From a virus (taxonomy: Duplodnaviria > Caudoviricetes): a DNA stretch of 54,515 bases. Shown piece after piece: positions 9,438 to 18,932 of this stretch. The stretch spans positions 1-54,515 of the IMG/VR virus record IMGVR_UViG_3300016484_000532; one strand, written 5' to 3'. The first letter of the stretch is position 1. Each line of letters opens with the position of its first letter. The notes beneath the pieces are model-generated. The model was not told the origin of the DNA. It made no database searches and saw only the letters and a program-made list of their open reading frames with translations. A program made the translations under genes and the position numbers.

Positions 9438-9897
9438 CTCCCGAGAAGATCTCGACGCCTTGGAGGGCACCGTGGAACACGCGGAATTCATGAAGCTTCT
9501 CGAAGGAAGCCTTTGGCTCATCGTTCGGGATGACATCAACCGTCGCTTTGTTGCGCTGGAAGATAACAGCGTGATCGAGAAGTTTGGGTTTACCCGCGCC
9601 GACTTCCCGAACGCTCAGCCACCTGAGCTTCCGGAATGGACGCCACCTCCCTCTACCATCCCAACCGTCGTATCGCCCCTACAGGGCAACGTGGCCCTGA
9701 TTCAGACCGGAAAGATGGATGCGGTGCAGGCGCTTCTGAATGACCCCGCCACGGACCCCATGATCAAGGTGGTATGGGACAAGGCCTCACAGTTCCGAAG
9801 AGATTCTCCAACGCTTCAGGCGGTCGCCCAGAAACTGAACTGGTCGGAATCCGACCTTGACGCGCTGTTTGAATTGGCTGCCACCATCAACGCCTGA
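9412..9897 (+). CDS. Tail fibre assembly-like protein
   Basis: GGAG RBS; C-terminal W...FRRDSP...LDALFELA pattern common after phage fibre genes; overlaps the RT end. Confidence 0.55.
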   Translation: MNLGTTIINSREDLDALEGTVEHAEFMKLLEGSLWLIVRDDINRRFVALEDNSVIEKFGFTRADFPNAQPPELPEWTPPPSTIPTVVSPLQGNVALIQTGKMDAVQALLNDPATDPMIKVVWDKASQFRRDSPTLQAVAQKLNWSESDLDALFELAATINA

Positions 9898-9934
9898 AAT
9901 CGTCAAATTCAATTGATGCACTAAGAGAAGAAAC

Positions 9935-10111
9935 ATGCAAAAAGTCGAACTCACCATCCAGACCTTGAACCTTGTGATGGGGTATCTCGCCAAGCAGCCT
10001 TGGGAGAATGTGAACTCGATCATCAATGCAGTGCATGACGAAGTCGGGCCACAGGTCGCACCCAAGCAAATTGACGAAGTCTCTGATGAGCCTGTCGGAG
10101 GAACGGACTAA
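9935..10111 (+). CDS. Small hypothetical phage protein (58 aa)
   Basis: MQKVELTIQTLNLVMGYLAKQPW...; stop overlaps the next ATG; below the ORF-track cutoff. Confidence 0.6.
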   Translation: MQKVELTIQTLNLVMGYLAKQPWENVNSIINAVHDEVGPQVAPKQIDEVSDEPVGGTD

Positions 10112-12321
10112 TGCTTTTAACCGTCCCAGGTTTCCAAGGTAAAGTAAGCGTAACGGCGGCACAGCGCCTCGATGATTCGCAGGCAACCGAAGCAAAGAAC
10201 TGCCTCATTCAGTCAGGCGACTTGGTTCCATTCCGTGCGCCTCTTTCAAATACCAACACAGGATCTCCTGCAACCGGGACACACACGATCTTCAAGCACT
10301 CTTCGCGCTGGGTCCGCTGGGACACAGAGGTCAATGCAGTTCGCGCTCCTGTTGCAGACGACGTCAATCACAGACTGTATTACACCGGGGATGGGAGCTA
10401 CCCGAAGGTTACCGACTCGTCTTTGATCGGTGGGGGTTACGGCTCCCCTTCAGGTTCACGCCGCGTCGGGCTTCCTGTTCCATCGACTCCAGAAAACCCA
10501 AGCTACAACCAAGCAGGGCAAGGGACAATCACTTCGATTACTCTCTATTCTGGAACCAGTTCAGCCAACAGCATTAACCCGGTCATTTACTGCACTGCGG
10601 ATCACGGCCTGAAGAATGGCGACTACGTTATCCTCGATTACCCAGGCATCGATGCAACCGCCTATGAAGTCGAGATTCCATCCGGCTCGACCAGTTCTTT
10701 TCGAGTAAAAAGTCTTCGCCTCAAACAAGCGCCCTTTGGTAAAGCGGTCCGCCCAGCTAACGTCAAAGGGGTTTATCAGCCGGTCAGGATCTACTCCCAA
10801 AACCACGGGTTTAGCGCCGGCGACAAAGTCGCTCTTTACTGGTCAGGTAGCGGTAGCGGCAATGTCAACATAGCAATCAATACGATCTATGAGGTCGACT
10901 ACGTTGATGCAAACAGTTTTGATCTGATCGGAACGGAAGTAAACAACACGACGGAAGACACCCTTAAAGGCCGAGGCAAGCAGATTGTCGTCCGAGTTTC
11001 AGCCGCTGCTAATCCTTTTACGGGATCAGGGACAGAAGGCAATGTCTCGATCGGATGGGACGGATCCAAGTATGTCGTCTACACCATTCCGGAAACAGGT
11101 AGCGATGCTTGGATCAAAACGGACGTTGCGTCGTCCAAACGAGACCGCTCATACCTCGTCACCTGGGTCAACGGCTACGGGGAAGAAGGATCACCATCGG
11201 ATCCCACAACGATCATTTCCATTACGCCTGACACGTCTGTCGTTTTCTCTTCCTTCCCTACGGAAACTCTAAACGGGGCCAATGACTATTGGATTACCCA
11301 CATGAGGCTGTACCGAACGGATAGCACAGGAAATTGGCGGTATGTCGACGAACTGGCATACGGCACCCAGTCGTATACGGACACTAAACTCGACGGGGAT
11401 CTTGGTGAGATTCTGACGACGGAAGGTTGGTACGCACCGCCTGACGGCATGAAGGGCATTAAGATGATGCCTGGGGGCTGCATTATTGGGTTCTCAGGGA
11501 AAACGATCCTCGGTTCAAAGCCATACCTCCCCTATGCCTACCCCTATGAGAATCGCGTCCAAGTGGATCAGAACGTCGTCGGGCTTGTGTGTACCGCAGC
11601 CGGTGTCGTTGTTCTCACCGAAGGTAATCCTTCGCTTTTGATCGGGACAGATCCTGCATCTTGGGCGGTCGTTAAGCTCGAAATTCCGCAGTCCTGCACC
11701 AACGCTCAGTCCATCGTGGACATGGGAGACTACGGTCTATTTGCTTCCCCAGATGGGTTGATCGCCATTAGGCAGAACGATCCGCAGGTAGCGACCGCCG
11801 GAGTTTTCTCTCGCGAGCAATGGCAGAACTATGGGCCAAGCACAATCGTCGGAAGTTTCTACGAAGGAAAATACTTTGGAACTCACGGGTTTGGCGCTTC
11901 AAGATCCGGTTTCATTCTGAATCCTTCGTCGGGGGATTTTGTCGAGATCGACGTCCCCGTGCAGCCTGTTGCGTTTTATAACGATCTCACCACAGACACC
12001 CTTTATTTCTTGGGGTACGACGGGGTTATCTACCAATGGGATCGAGGCACCACAAACCTTTCGGTCACCTGGACATCCAAGACATTCCAAGCCCCGTTCC
12101 CGACCAACATGGGGGCAGCTCAGGTCGTCGCAGATGGGACCGTCACATTTAAGCTCTATGCAGACAGCGTCCTCAAACACACCCAAACGGTAACTGACGG
12201 GAATCCTTTTCGCCTACCTGCAGGATATAGAGCCAGAGATTACGCAATTACGCTGACCGGGAACCAAAGGATCCGCATGGTTGCTGTCGCCGGTACGATA
12301 GCAGAACTCAAGGAGGTCTGA
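10111..12321 (+). CDS. Tail nozzle/stabilisation-like protein with two inserted HG..GD.V beta modules
   Basis: 736 aa; YYTGDG.YP, RSYLVTWVNGYGEEGSPS, FRLPAGYRA motifs. Confidence 0.65.
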   Translation: MLLTVPGFQGKVSVTAAQRLDDSQATEAKNCLIQSGDLVPFRAPLSNTNTGSPATGTHTIFKHSSRWVRWDTEVNAVRAPVADDVNHRLYYTGDGSYPKVTDSSLIGGGYGSPSGSRRVGLPVPSTPENPSYNQAGQGTITSITLYSGTSSANSINPVIYCTADHGLKNGDYVILDYPGIDATAYEVEIPSGSTSSFRVKSLRLKQAPFGKAVRPANVKGVYQPVRIYSQNHGFSAGDKVALYWSGSGSGNVNIAINTIYEVDYVDANSFDLIGTEVNNTTEDTLKGRGKQIVVRVSAAANPFTGSGTEGNVSIGWDGSKYVVYTIPETGSDAWIKTDVASSKRDRSYLVTWVNGYGEEGSPSDPTTIISITPDTSVVFSSFPTETLNGANDYWITHMRLYRTDSTGNWRYVDELAYGTQSYTDTKLDGDLGEILTTEGWYAPPDGMKGIKMMPGGCIIGFSGKTILGSKPYLPYAYPYENRVQVDQNVVGLVCTAAGVVVLTEGNPSLLIGTDPASWAVVKLEIPQSCTNAQSIVDMGDYGLFASPDGLIAIRQNDPQVATAGVFSREQWQNYGPSTIVGSFYEGKYFGTHGFGASRSGFILNPSSGDFVEIDVPVQPVAFYNDLTTDTLYFLGYDGVIYQWDRGTTNLSVTWTSKTFQAPFPTNMGAAQVVADGTVTFKLYADSVLKHTQTVTDGNPFRLPAGYRARDYAITLTGNQRIRMVAVAGTIAELKEV

Positions 12322-13895
12322 TGGGTTTAAGACAAGTACCGTCAAGGCTAGACCCGGAGCTTCGAGGATTCCTTCAAGACCTCCGCAATGAGGTTGGCCG
12401 TATTGGTGGGGACAGCTTTAAGTACGTCCTCCTTGGGGATATGCGGACTGCGCTGAGTTCTGATTTCCTGCAGCCGGGAGACATTTCACGAATTGTCGAC
12501 GAGGCTCAAGACAGAATACGGGACGACCCCTTTTGGCAATTTCTTGGCGACAAGATCAATCTGATCGATGGGCCTCCCACATTGCCCGGATCAATTCAGG
12601 CAAGACTAGATACAGCACAAGAAACGGTCGAAAACCTTATGGCTGCGGCTGATGCCCAGCTCCAAACCGCTATTGACGCGAATGGTTCTGCGATTGTTAC
12701 GCTCCAAACGGTGACGGCAGGCCAAGCCACTCAGATCACGTCCCTTGGTAGTCGGCTAGGGACCGCAGAAAGCAAAGTTTCCATGCTGATGTCGGCCACG
12801 CCGACCGATGCCCTGTGGTGGACAGGACTTAGCACAGATGTCGACAACACAAAAAATAGCGTGGCGATGCTCATGTCCACTACCCCAGACGGGGCGCTAT
12901 GGTGGACTGGACTCAAATCTCAGGCAGATGCGTCGACAAGCAACGTGTCGATGCTTATGTCTTCGACACCGACCGGGGCATCTTGGTGGGCAGGACTGAG
13001 TACGGATACTGCGAATTCCAAAAGCAACATCGCCATGCTGATGTCCACCACTCCGACAGGCGCTCAGTGGTGGTCAGGTCTCAAGACACAAGTCGACGGC
13101 AACTCAAGCCAGATCAATATTCTGAATACCACCACAGCCACCCAAGGGCAAAGTATTCAGCAAATCAGCAATAAAACAAATGGAAACACGGCTTCCATTG
13201 AGGTGCTTCAGACGGTCAACAATGGTCTGACGGCACAGTATTCCGTCAAGCTCGATGTCAACGGTCGCGTCGTTGGATTCGGCCTTTACAACCAGCCCAG
13301 CGGATCTGCGTTTTATGTTCGTGCAGACAAATTTGCGGTCGGCGATCCAAGTACCGGCGACCGCATCCCATTTATTGTCAGTGGGGGAAATGTCTATATC
13401 GATACTGCGTTCATCATCAACGCATCCATCGATTCAGCAAAAATTGCAGACGCAGCAATCAACAATGCCAAGATTGCAGATGCAGCAATCAGTGCTGCAA
13501 AGATCGGACAAGCGCAGATCGACACGTTAAGGGTCGCAGGGAACGCCGTCACTACAATGGCCTTTGCTTCATCCGGCGGTGGTTACACCAATGGGTGGAT
13601 CAATTTGCCGAACGGTACGCAGGGCGTATTTCTTTTAGGGATCGCGGGGGTGAGTGAGTCTGGCGGCGTTCACCCAGTCCAAGCCAACTTTGTTTTGAAG
13701 TTTAACGGCTGGGAAATTGCAAACGGTGGCAATTCAATTCACGAGGGCTGGGGTCAAGGGATTGTCCAAAACGCATGGCTTGGCGGGCTTGGTGGTGGGT
13801 ACTATGGTTTTGAAGCCTACACATACGACGGGGGAGGTGCAGGTCATTTGTATCAGTGGAGCGTATCGGTGGTCTGCATTGCCTTAATGAGGTAA
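12321..13895 (+). CDS. Tail fibre/tip protein with DUF1983-like domain
   Basis: AQYSVKLDVNGRVVGFGL...RADKFAV...PFIV.GG.VYI..AFI..ASI..AKI pattern after a coiled coil. Confidence 0.75.
   Translation: MGLRQVPSRLDPELRGFLQDLRNEVGRIGGDSFKYVLLGDMRTALSSDFLQPGDISRIVDEAQDRIRDDPFWQFLGDKINLIDGPPTLPGSIQARLDTAQETVENLMAAADAQLQTAIDANGSAIVTLQTVTAGQATQITSLGSRLGTAESKVSMLMSATPTDALWWTGLSTDVDNTKNSVAMLMSTTPDGALWWTGLKSQADASTSNVSMLMSSTPTGASWWAGLSTDTANSKSNIAMLMSTTPTGAQWWSGLKTQVDGNSSQINILNTTTATQGQSIQQISNKTNGNTASIEVLQTVNNGLTAQYSVKLDVNGRVVGFGLYNQPSGSAFYVRADKFAVGDPSTGDRIPFIVSGGNVYIDTAFIINASIDSAKIADAAINNAKIADAAISAAKIGQAQIDTLRVAGNAVTTMAFASSGGGYTNGWINLPNGTQGVFLLGIAGVSESGGVHPVQANFVLKFNGWEIANGGNSIHEGWGQGIVQNAWLGGLGGGYYGFEAYTYDGGGAGHLYQWSVSVVCIALMR
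12783..13118 (+). repeat. Four 84-bp (28-aa) tandem coding repeats MLMSxTPxxAxWWxGL
   Basis: ATG-CTN-ATG recurs at 12783, 12867, 12951 and 13035. Confidence 0.9.
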
Positions 13896-13897
13896 AC

Positions 13898-14326
13898 ATG
13901 AAATTAGTTGACTACGACAATACTGGTTTCATTGGCAGGGTGTTAACCCACCCCAATATCGAAGAGATACTGCCGATTCCTCCATTTGTTATTCCTGGGG
14001 ATCCAAGGGCGTTTGAACGAATTGAAGTCGCGGACGATCTTGAAGTTTCTTATGACAAGCAATACGTCTCAAATCAAGAAGTTGTCGACCGCCCAAAATG
14101 GACTCCGACGGTATCAGGCACATCTATCCCCGCTGATGGGGTAACAGCCATCACTGTCTCTGGAATCCCCGCCTCAGTTAAGGTGGATCTCTTTGGTCCT
14201 GCATCAGATTCATGGTCTGGTGCTGCTGGAGATGTTTCAGTCGCTGTCGGCCTTCCTGGCGCTTACACCCTTCTGATCGATGCGTTCCCATACCAACTTG
14301 TCGAGGTGAAGTTCAATGCCACCTAG
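13898..14326 (+). CDS. Hypothetical tail-associated protein
   Basis: GAGG RBS; follows the fibre gene. Confidence 0.55.
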   Translation: MKLVDYDNTGFIGRVLTHPNIEEILPIPPFVIPGDPRAFERIEVADDLEVSYDKQYVSNQEVVDRPKWTPTVSGTSIPADGVTAITVSGIPASVKVDLFGPASDSWSGAAGDVSVAVGLPGAYTLLIDAFPYQLVEVKFNAT

Positions 14327-14552
14327 AGTCATTCTTGGGACACCCGATCAGCGCAAGGCGCAGCGCAAGAGGTTCCTCGATAACACCGATTGGATGTGCC
14401 GGAGGCAAGAGGATCAGTTGCGACAGGGTAGACCCACCTCGCTTTCAGACGAACAGTACAACCAGCTTCTCGATTACCGTCAGGATCTTCGGGACTGGCC
14501 GCTCTCTGGCGATTACAACGAAGCGTTTCCTATCCCTCCGGGTTGGATGTAA
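14316..14552 (+). CDS. Phage tail assembly chaperone-like protein
   Basis: TDW...YRQDLRDWP...FPIPP motif. Confidence 0.75.
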   Translation: MPPRVILGTPDQRKAQRKRFLDNTDWMCRRQEDQLRQGRPTSLSDEQYNQLLDYRQDLRDWPLSGDYNEAFPIPPGWM

Positions 14553-14938
14553 TGAGACTAAAGCCTGCCTATATTCGTTCCTGCTGGCCTTGGATCCGTG
14601 AGGGTCTAGAGGAAGTCAAAAAACTCAGAGGCGGTACATGGCGCCTTGAAGACGCTTACGCCGAATGCGTCAACGGCAACGCCCATTTATGGATTTGTGA
14701 TGACGGTTTCGTCATTTTCAAGCCGATCGTGGATGACTATTCCGGCGAAAAGATTCTTCTGGTTTGGCTGGCCTGGGGAAAGAAAAAGGGCGATCTGATC
14801 GACGAGTATCAAGATCAAATCGTGGAGATTGCCAGGGATCAACAGTTTGACGTACTAAGGTTTTATCGCCACGCCAAAGGCCCGGTTGAGCATAACGGCT
14901 GGAAAAAGACCTACACCATTTACGACATGGAGCTTTAG
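14552..14938 (+). CDS. GNAT-like phage protein
   Basis: Position before the ejection genes; WPWI..GL...LW...LLVWLAWG pattern. Confidence 0.45.
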   Translation: MRLKPAYIRSCWPWIREGLEEVKKLRGGTWRLEDAYAECVNGNAHLWICDDGFVIFKPIVDDYSGEKILLVWLAWGKKKGDLIDEYQDQIVEIARDQQFDVLRFYRHAKGPVEHNGWKKTYTIYDMEL

Positions 14939-14940
14939 CC

Positions 14941-15513
14941 ATGGCACCCGCAGAACACACCCAGCTTCACGAGTCCCCCTGGGATCAGATGATGGCCCAA
15001 ATCGGGCAAGAGCGCTGGAAGCATTACAAGAAAGACATTGTCCCGATTGAGAATCGCTACATCGAGAACGTGAAGTGGATGGGAACTCCAGAAGCAGCAG
15101 ACCAAACAGCCGGCCTCGCGGTATCTGGAGTGAGATCTCAGGCGGATCCTTTAATCCAAAACGCCCAGGAACAAATGGCAGTGTCCGGATTAAACCCGAA
15201 CAGCGGCGCCTACAAAATGAAAGTAGCCGACATGAATAATCGGGTAGCGGCAGGGGTCGCTGATGCGGACATTACGGCACGGACCGGTCAAAAGAATGAA
15301 TACCTAAAAGGCCTTGAAGGCGTTGTTGCAATGGGTAACAACCAAGCAGGCGAATCCATCGCGAACATGTCTGATGTTGCCGGCATGGCCCGCGACAGAG
15401 CAATCACCAATGCCGACATGAATGCCAAGGAAAGCATGGCGCTGGGGTCCGGGATTGGGACGGCGGCAGGGCTTGGTCTTGGAACCTATGCCCGTAAATA
15501 CGGAGGGATGTAG
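14941..15513 (+). CDS. Putative internal virion/ejection protein
   Basis: Ala/Gln/Met-rich helical protein with a C-terminal glycine zipper. Confidence 0.55.
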   Translation: MAPAEHTQLHESPWDQMMAQIGQERWKHYKKDIVPIENRYIENVKWMGTPEAADQTAGLAVSGVRSQADPLIQNAQEQMAVSGLNPNSGAYKMKVADMNNRVAAGVADADITARTGQKNEYLKGLEGVVAMGNNQAGESIANMSDVAGMARDRAITNADMNAKESMALGSGIGTAAGLGLGTYARKYGGM

Positions 15514-15515
15514 TC

Positions 15516-15920
15516 ATGGGTGGTGGTGGCGGATCAACTCAAAACTATGAAGCGTCAATTCCTTTTGCGCTGCTGGCAAGAGAGCAATGGCGGGATTACA
15601 AAAAACGGTTCATGCCGATTGAAAAACAGCTGATCAGTGAAGGCACAAACCAAGGTCAGTTTCTTACTGAGCCACAAATGGCGCAGAACTCTGTCAATCA
15701 AGCGTTCAACACTCAGTCTGGTTCCATGAGCCGCGATCTTGCCCGAAGGGGCGTCTCCATGACGCCTGATGAGCAATCGGCCGCAAATCACGGACTGGAA
15801 ATGGCCAAAACATCGGCGCTGGTGGGCGAATCAAACGATGCCAGAAATAATGTTTGGGATCGGATAAATGGCGTTATGAATGGCGGGTTATCAGTCGCCA
15901 ATCGATCAATCAGGAAATAG
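15516..15920 (+). CDS. Putative internal virion/ejection protein
   Basis: MGGGGGS start; shares W..YKK...PIE motif with the previous gene (paralog-like). Confidence 0.55.
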   Translation: MGGGGGSTQNYEASIPFALLAREQWRDYKKRFMPIEKQLISEGTNQGQFLTEPQMAQNSVNQAFNTQSGSMSRDLARRGVSMTPDEQSAANHGLEMAKTSALVGESNDARNNVWDRINGVMNGGLSVANRSIRK

Positions 15921-15922
15921 CC

Positions 15923-16792
15923 ATGGCAGGACTAATCGATACTGGTATCACCTACCGCAAACAGGCAAATGCCGCATTTGGTCAGGTGGCTAAAAATGCT
16001 GCAGAAATTGCAAATGCGAACAGAAAGCTGAGTGCCGCCGAAAAAGCCGGAAAGCTCAATGCTGCAGGGCAGGGGCTTGGCATGGGCTATATGGCCTATG
16101 AGTCCGGTTTACTTGGTAAGGGCGCTGAGAAACTTGGGATGAGCAAGGATGTTGTAAGTGCATTAACGCCAACTCCAGCGCCGACACCAACGGCACCCGG
16201 CGGCACAACAACGGTCGCCGAAGACATGGCGGCAAAGCCTCTTACGGCGCCAGTCACCCCTGGTACTCCAACGACCGGCGATGCAATGTTTAGTGGCGAG
16301 ATGCCTGGTGGAAACTTATCTGCAGCTGCTGATGTTGCGAAAGCCATGGATCCGTCTGTTGCCACCAGTGCGGTGACAACAAATGCTGGAAATGCAACCA
16401 ACATTGCCAACACTGCAGGGCAAACAGCCAATACCGCAAGCCAAGCAGTAAATACCGCAAGCCAAGCAACGGAAGCTGTCTCAGGCTCTGCCCCAACGGG
16501 TGGGCTGGGTACGATTGGTGGCGCTATCGAGGGCTTTAGCTCCGGTATGGCGGCTGGCGGGCTTGCCGGTGGGGTTGGAGGTGGGATCGGTGGAGCTATT
16601 GGCGGGACGCTTGCATCACCTCTTGCAACGGCTGGAACACTGGCAAATGCCGTAGGATTGACCGGCCTTGGAACAACGCTAACAGGAGCTGCTGGGACCA
16701 TTTCTGGAGGAGCGTCTCTTGCAGGAACTGCTATTGCTGGTGGGGCCTCGACTGCGCTTTCAAGTCTTGGTGCAATGATTATGGCGTTTTGA
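15923..16792 (+). CDS. Putative ejection protein with long Gly/Ala-rich hydrophobic C-terminus
   Basis: AGGA RBS; GxxxG-rich tail. Confidence 0.55.
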   Translation: MAGLIDTGITYRKQANAAFGQVAKNAAEIANANRKLSAAEKAGKLNAAGQGLGMGYMAYESGLLGKGAEKLGMSKDVVSALTPTPAPTPTAPGGTTTVAEDMAAKPLTAPVTPGTPTTGDAMFSGEMPGGNLSAAADVAKAMDPSVATSAVTTNAGNATNIANTAGQTANTASQAVNTASQATEAVSGSAPTGGLGTIGGAIEGFSSGMAAGGLAGGVGGGIGGAIGGTLASPLATAGTLANAVGLTGLGTTLTGAAGTISGGASLAGTAIAGGASTALSSLGAMIMAF

Positions 16793-17343
16793 TTGCGACC
16801 CAGCTGGCTGAGTCCTTTGCCAGAATCCCCAAAAAGGATAAACCCATAGATGAAGTTCTTTTGGCGGGGTACTACCGGATTTGCCACACGGATCAGCTCA
16901 TTCAATCGGTAATCGACCGGCGCCTACCCGAGCTTGATCGAGCATTCTGGACCCGGGCGGCTGCAGAAGAAAAAGGTCACAGCGATCTTTACCTCAAGGA
17001 TCTTGAGGATTACTACGGCGATCAGTTCCCCACTTTCTTGTATCGATATATTCCGTGCCCTGAAATGTGCAGCCTCATGCGCTGGGCAAAGGAAACACCA
17101 CTTCACCTTGGGGTTTACAGGGCTTACATGGAAAGCGCTCTGGTGGGGATGAGCGAAGCCTCCAAGGAAGCATTCCGAATTGTCCTGCCGCGCACGGCCG
17201 CCGCTCATCTTGCGCTAGATCCTCAGCATGTCGAGGAGTGCATCGAATATCTTGGACATTTTGCATCCCAGCAAATAACGGAACACATCAAAACAGTCGA
17301 AGAGGCATTCATACATGAAAGCCTCTGGATCGGTTTTCCTTAA
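16789..17343 (+). CDS. Haem-oxygenase-like di-iron (PqqC/CADD-type) redox protein
   Basis: E60-E61-x-G-H64, E115, H140-xxx-D144-xx-H147 ligand pattern; TTG start overlapping the upstream TGA. Confidence 0.65.
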   Translation: MIATQLAESFARIPKKDKPIDEVLLAGYYRICHTDQLIQSVIDRRLPELDRAFWTRAAAEEKGHSDLYLKDLEDYYGDQFPTFLYRYIPCPEMCSLMRWAKETPLHLGVYRAYMESALVGMSEASKEAFRIVLPRTAAAHLALDPQHVEECIEYLGHFASQQITEHIKTVEEAFIHESLWIGFP

Positions 17344-17344
17344 C

Positions 17345-17370
17345 GGCCCGCCAAGTGCGGGTCTTTTTTT
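17345..17370 (+). terminator. Rho-independent terminator
   Basis: GGCCCGC-CAAGT-GCGGGTC followed by T7. Confidence 0.8.
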
Positions 17371-17440
17371 ACCTTCAAATCGTGGACGTTGGCGCAATTT
17401 ACAAGCTGCGCTGCAATAGCAATTAGTCTCCCGGAGATCC

Positions 17441-18922
17441 ATGTCAATGAATGGTTTTGCAGCTGAAGGATTTGCCAATGGGCTGGTCACTGGTCTTGAA
17501 GCAGTCAACAAGTTGGTTGATTCCGCAGACAAGCGAAGAAATGACGCTAATGAACTGGCTTACAGAAAGCGGTATTGGGACGCATCAGCGGCTCAGAACG
17601 AGGCTGACGCCAGATTCAAAGAGCAGCAAGCTGCTTCACAGGATCTTGAGCTTGCACAAAAACGTGAAGAGCTTGATCGATCCAAGCGCATGCAGCAATG
17701 GCCTGAGGTAGAAAGGATCCTCACCGAAACTGATCCATCTCGCCCAGGGTTCAGGCCGTTTAACGAGCGTGATTTTGAATCCCTCAAATCGATCGGAATC
17801 GATCCTTCTTCCTTTGCACAGCCGGGTCTCGCGCAGCAAATCCAGTCAATGGGTAACGACATCATGTCGGGGCGTCGCGATATCAATGACCCGGAAGCCT
17901 TAAAGACGTTTGCCCCATTCGTGAACAATTTTGTTCAGCGGGATATCGGAGGGGTTAGCCGTGATGACAGCGGTAAACCTTTTCGCGTCGCAACCAAAGA
18001 GGTCGTCGGGTTCGATACCTATGTTGACCCCAAGGACCAACAACGCAAATACAACCCGAAGATTGTGCTGAAAGGGGCTGACGACGAAGGCAGATACGTT
18101 GAGACATCGCCTCGCCCGTACACCCTTTACGGCAGCAGCGATCCGCGTGATCCCGTTGCCTTTCTCACTGACGAACAGATGATTAACACGTCTTTGGCGG
18201 CCATGAACTTGAATCGTCAGATCCATGAAAACCCGGGCAGCTATGACGCATTTGTGCGGTATGCCAAGGGTAAATCGGGGATGTACGACACCAAGCCGAT
18301 TTCCGCACTGGATGAAGCGCGTGTCGCAAAAACCCAGGAAGAGATCAGGACCGAACAACTGCAACAGAGGAAAACTCTGGCTCAGACGGAGACCGAAGGG
18401 TATCAGCAGGCAAGGCAAAAGTACGAAGCGCTCATCAAGCTCAAAGAGTATGGCGGCTGGGACAACAAGGCAGAACTTGATCGGAAGATTAAGGAGGCCG
18501 AGCTTGAGCTTAAGAACGCCCAGATCGATTCGCAGGATGCGCTGACGCAGGAGCGCATGGCAAACCGCAACTCTAAGAAAGCTAAGAACGGATCAGCGGG
18601 GCCGCATTATTTTGATCCCGCGAAAGCCGAGCAATGGATGGAAAGTCAAGGTTACGGGAACAAATCGCAAGGCGGACTTCCTCCCAAGATTGATACCGAT
18701 CCGGCGGCCGGAAAGCAGCGCTCACAGATGCTGGGTGACGTGCAAGACATGATGTCAATGACGCCAGAGCTGCCACAGGCGGCGGCACAAACCGTCGTGT
18801 CCAGGGGAACCCGTACAGTTAAACCGATCAATGGGGTTCCGACGACGGTCTACGTCTACCAGAACCGCATGTATCCCGTAGGCGCTGCGCCGCAAGAACC
18901 CCAAAACCAAGCACCTAAATAG
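17441..18922 (+). CDS. Putative ejection/DNA transfer protein
   Basis: GGAG RBS; N-terminal GFAAEGFANGL pattern and coiled coils; precedes the giant gene. Confidence 0.55.
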   Translation: MSMNGFAAEGFANGLVTGLEAVNKLVDSADKRRNDANELAYRKRYWDASAAQNEADARFKEQQAASQDLELAQKREELDRSKRMQQWPEVERILTETDPSRPGFRPFNERDFESLKSIGIDPSSFAQPGLAQQIQSMGNDIMSGRRDINDPEALKTFAPFVNNFVQRDIGGVSRDDSGKPFRVATKEVVGFDTYVDPKDQQRKYNPKIVLKGADDEGRYVETSPRPYTLYGSSDPRDPVAFLTDEQMINTSLAAMNLNRQIHENPGSYDAFVRYAKGKSGMYDTKPISALDEARVAKTQEEIRTEQLQQRKTLAQTETEGYQQARQKYEALIKLKEYGGWDNKAELDRKIKEAELELKNAQIDSQDALTQERMANRNSKKAKNGSAGPHYFDPAKAEQWMESQGYGNKSQGGLPPKIDTDPAAGKQRSQMLGDVQDMMSMTPELPQAAAQTVVSRGTRTVKPINGVPTTVYVYQNRMYPVGAAPQEPQNQAPK

Positions 18923-18932
18923 CGAGAACTCG

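Noticed and set aside
13560-13895. Possible second DGR target in the fibre tip
   Set aside because: No visible nucleotide similarity to the TR
16430-16468. 18-bp direct repeat AATACCGCAAGCCAAGCA
   Set aside because: Simple in-frame duplication in a low-complexity coding region; not a CRISPR or regulatory array
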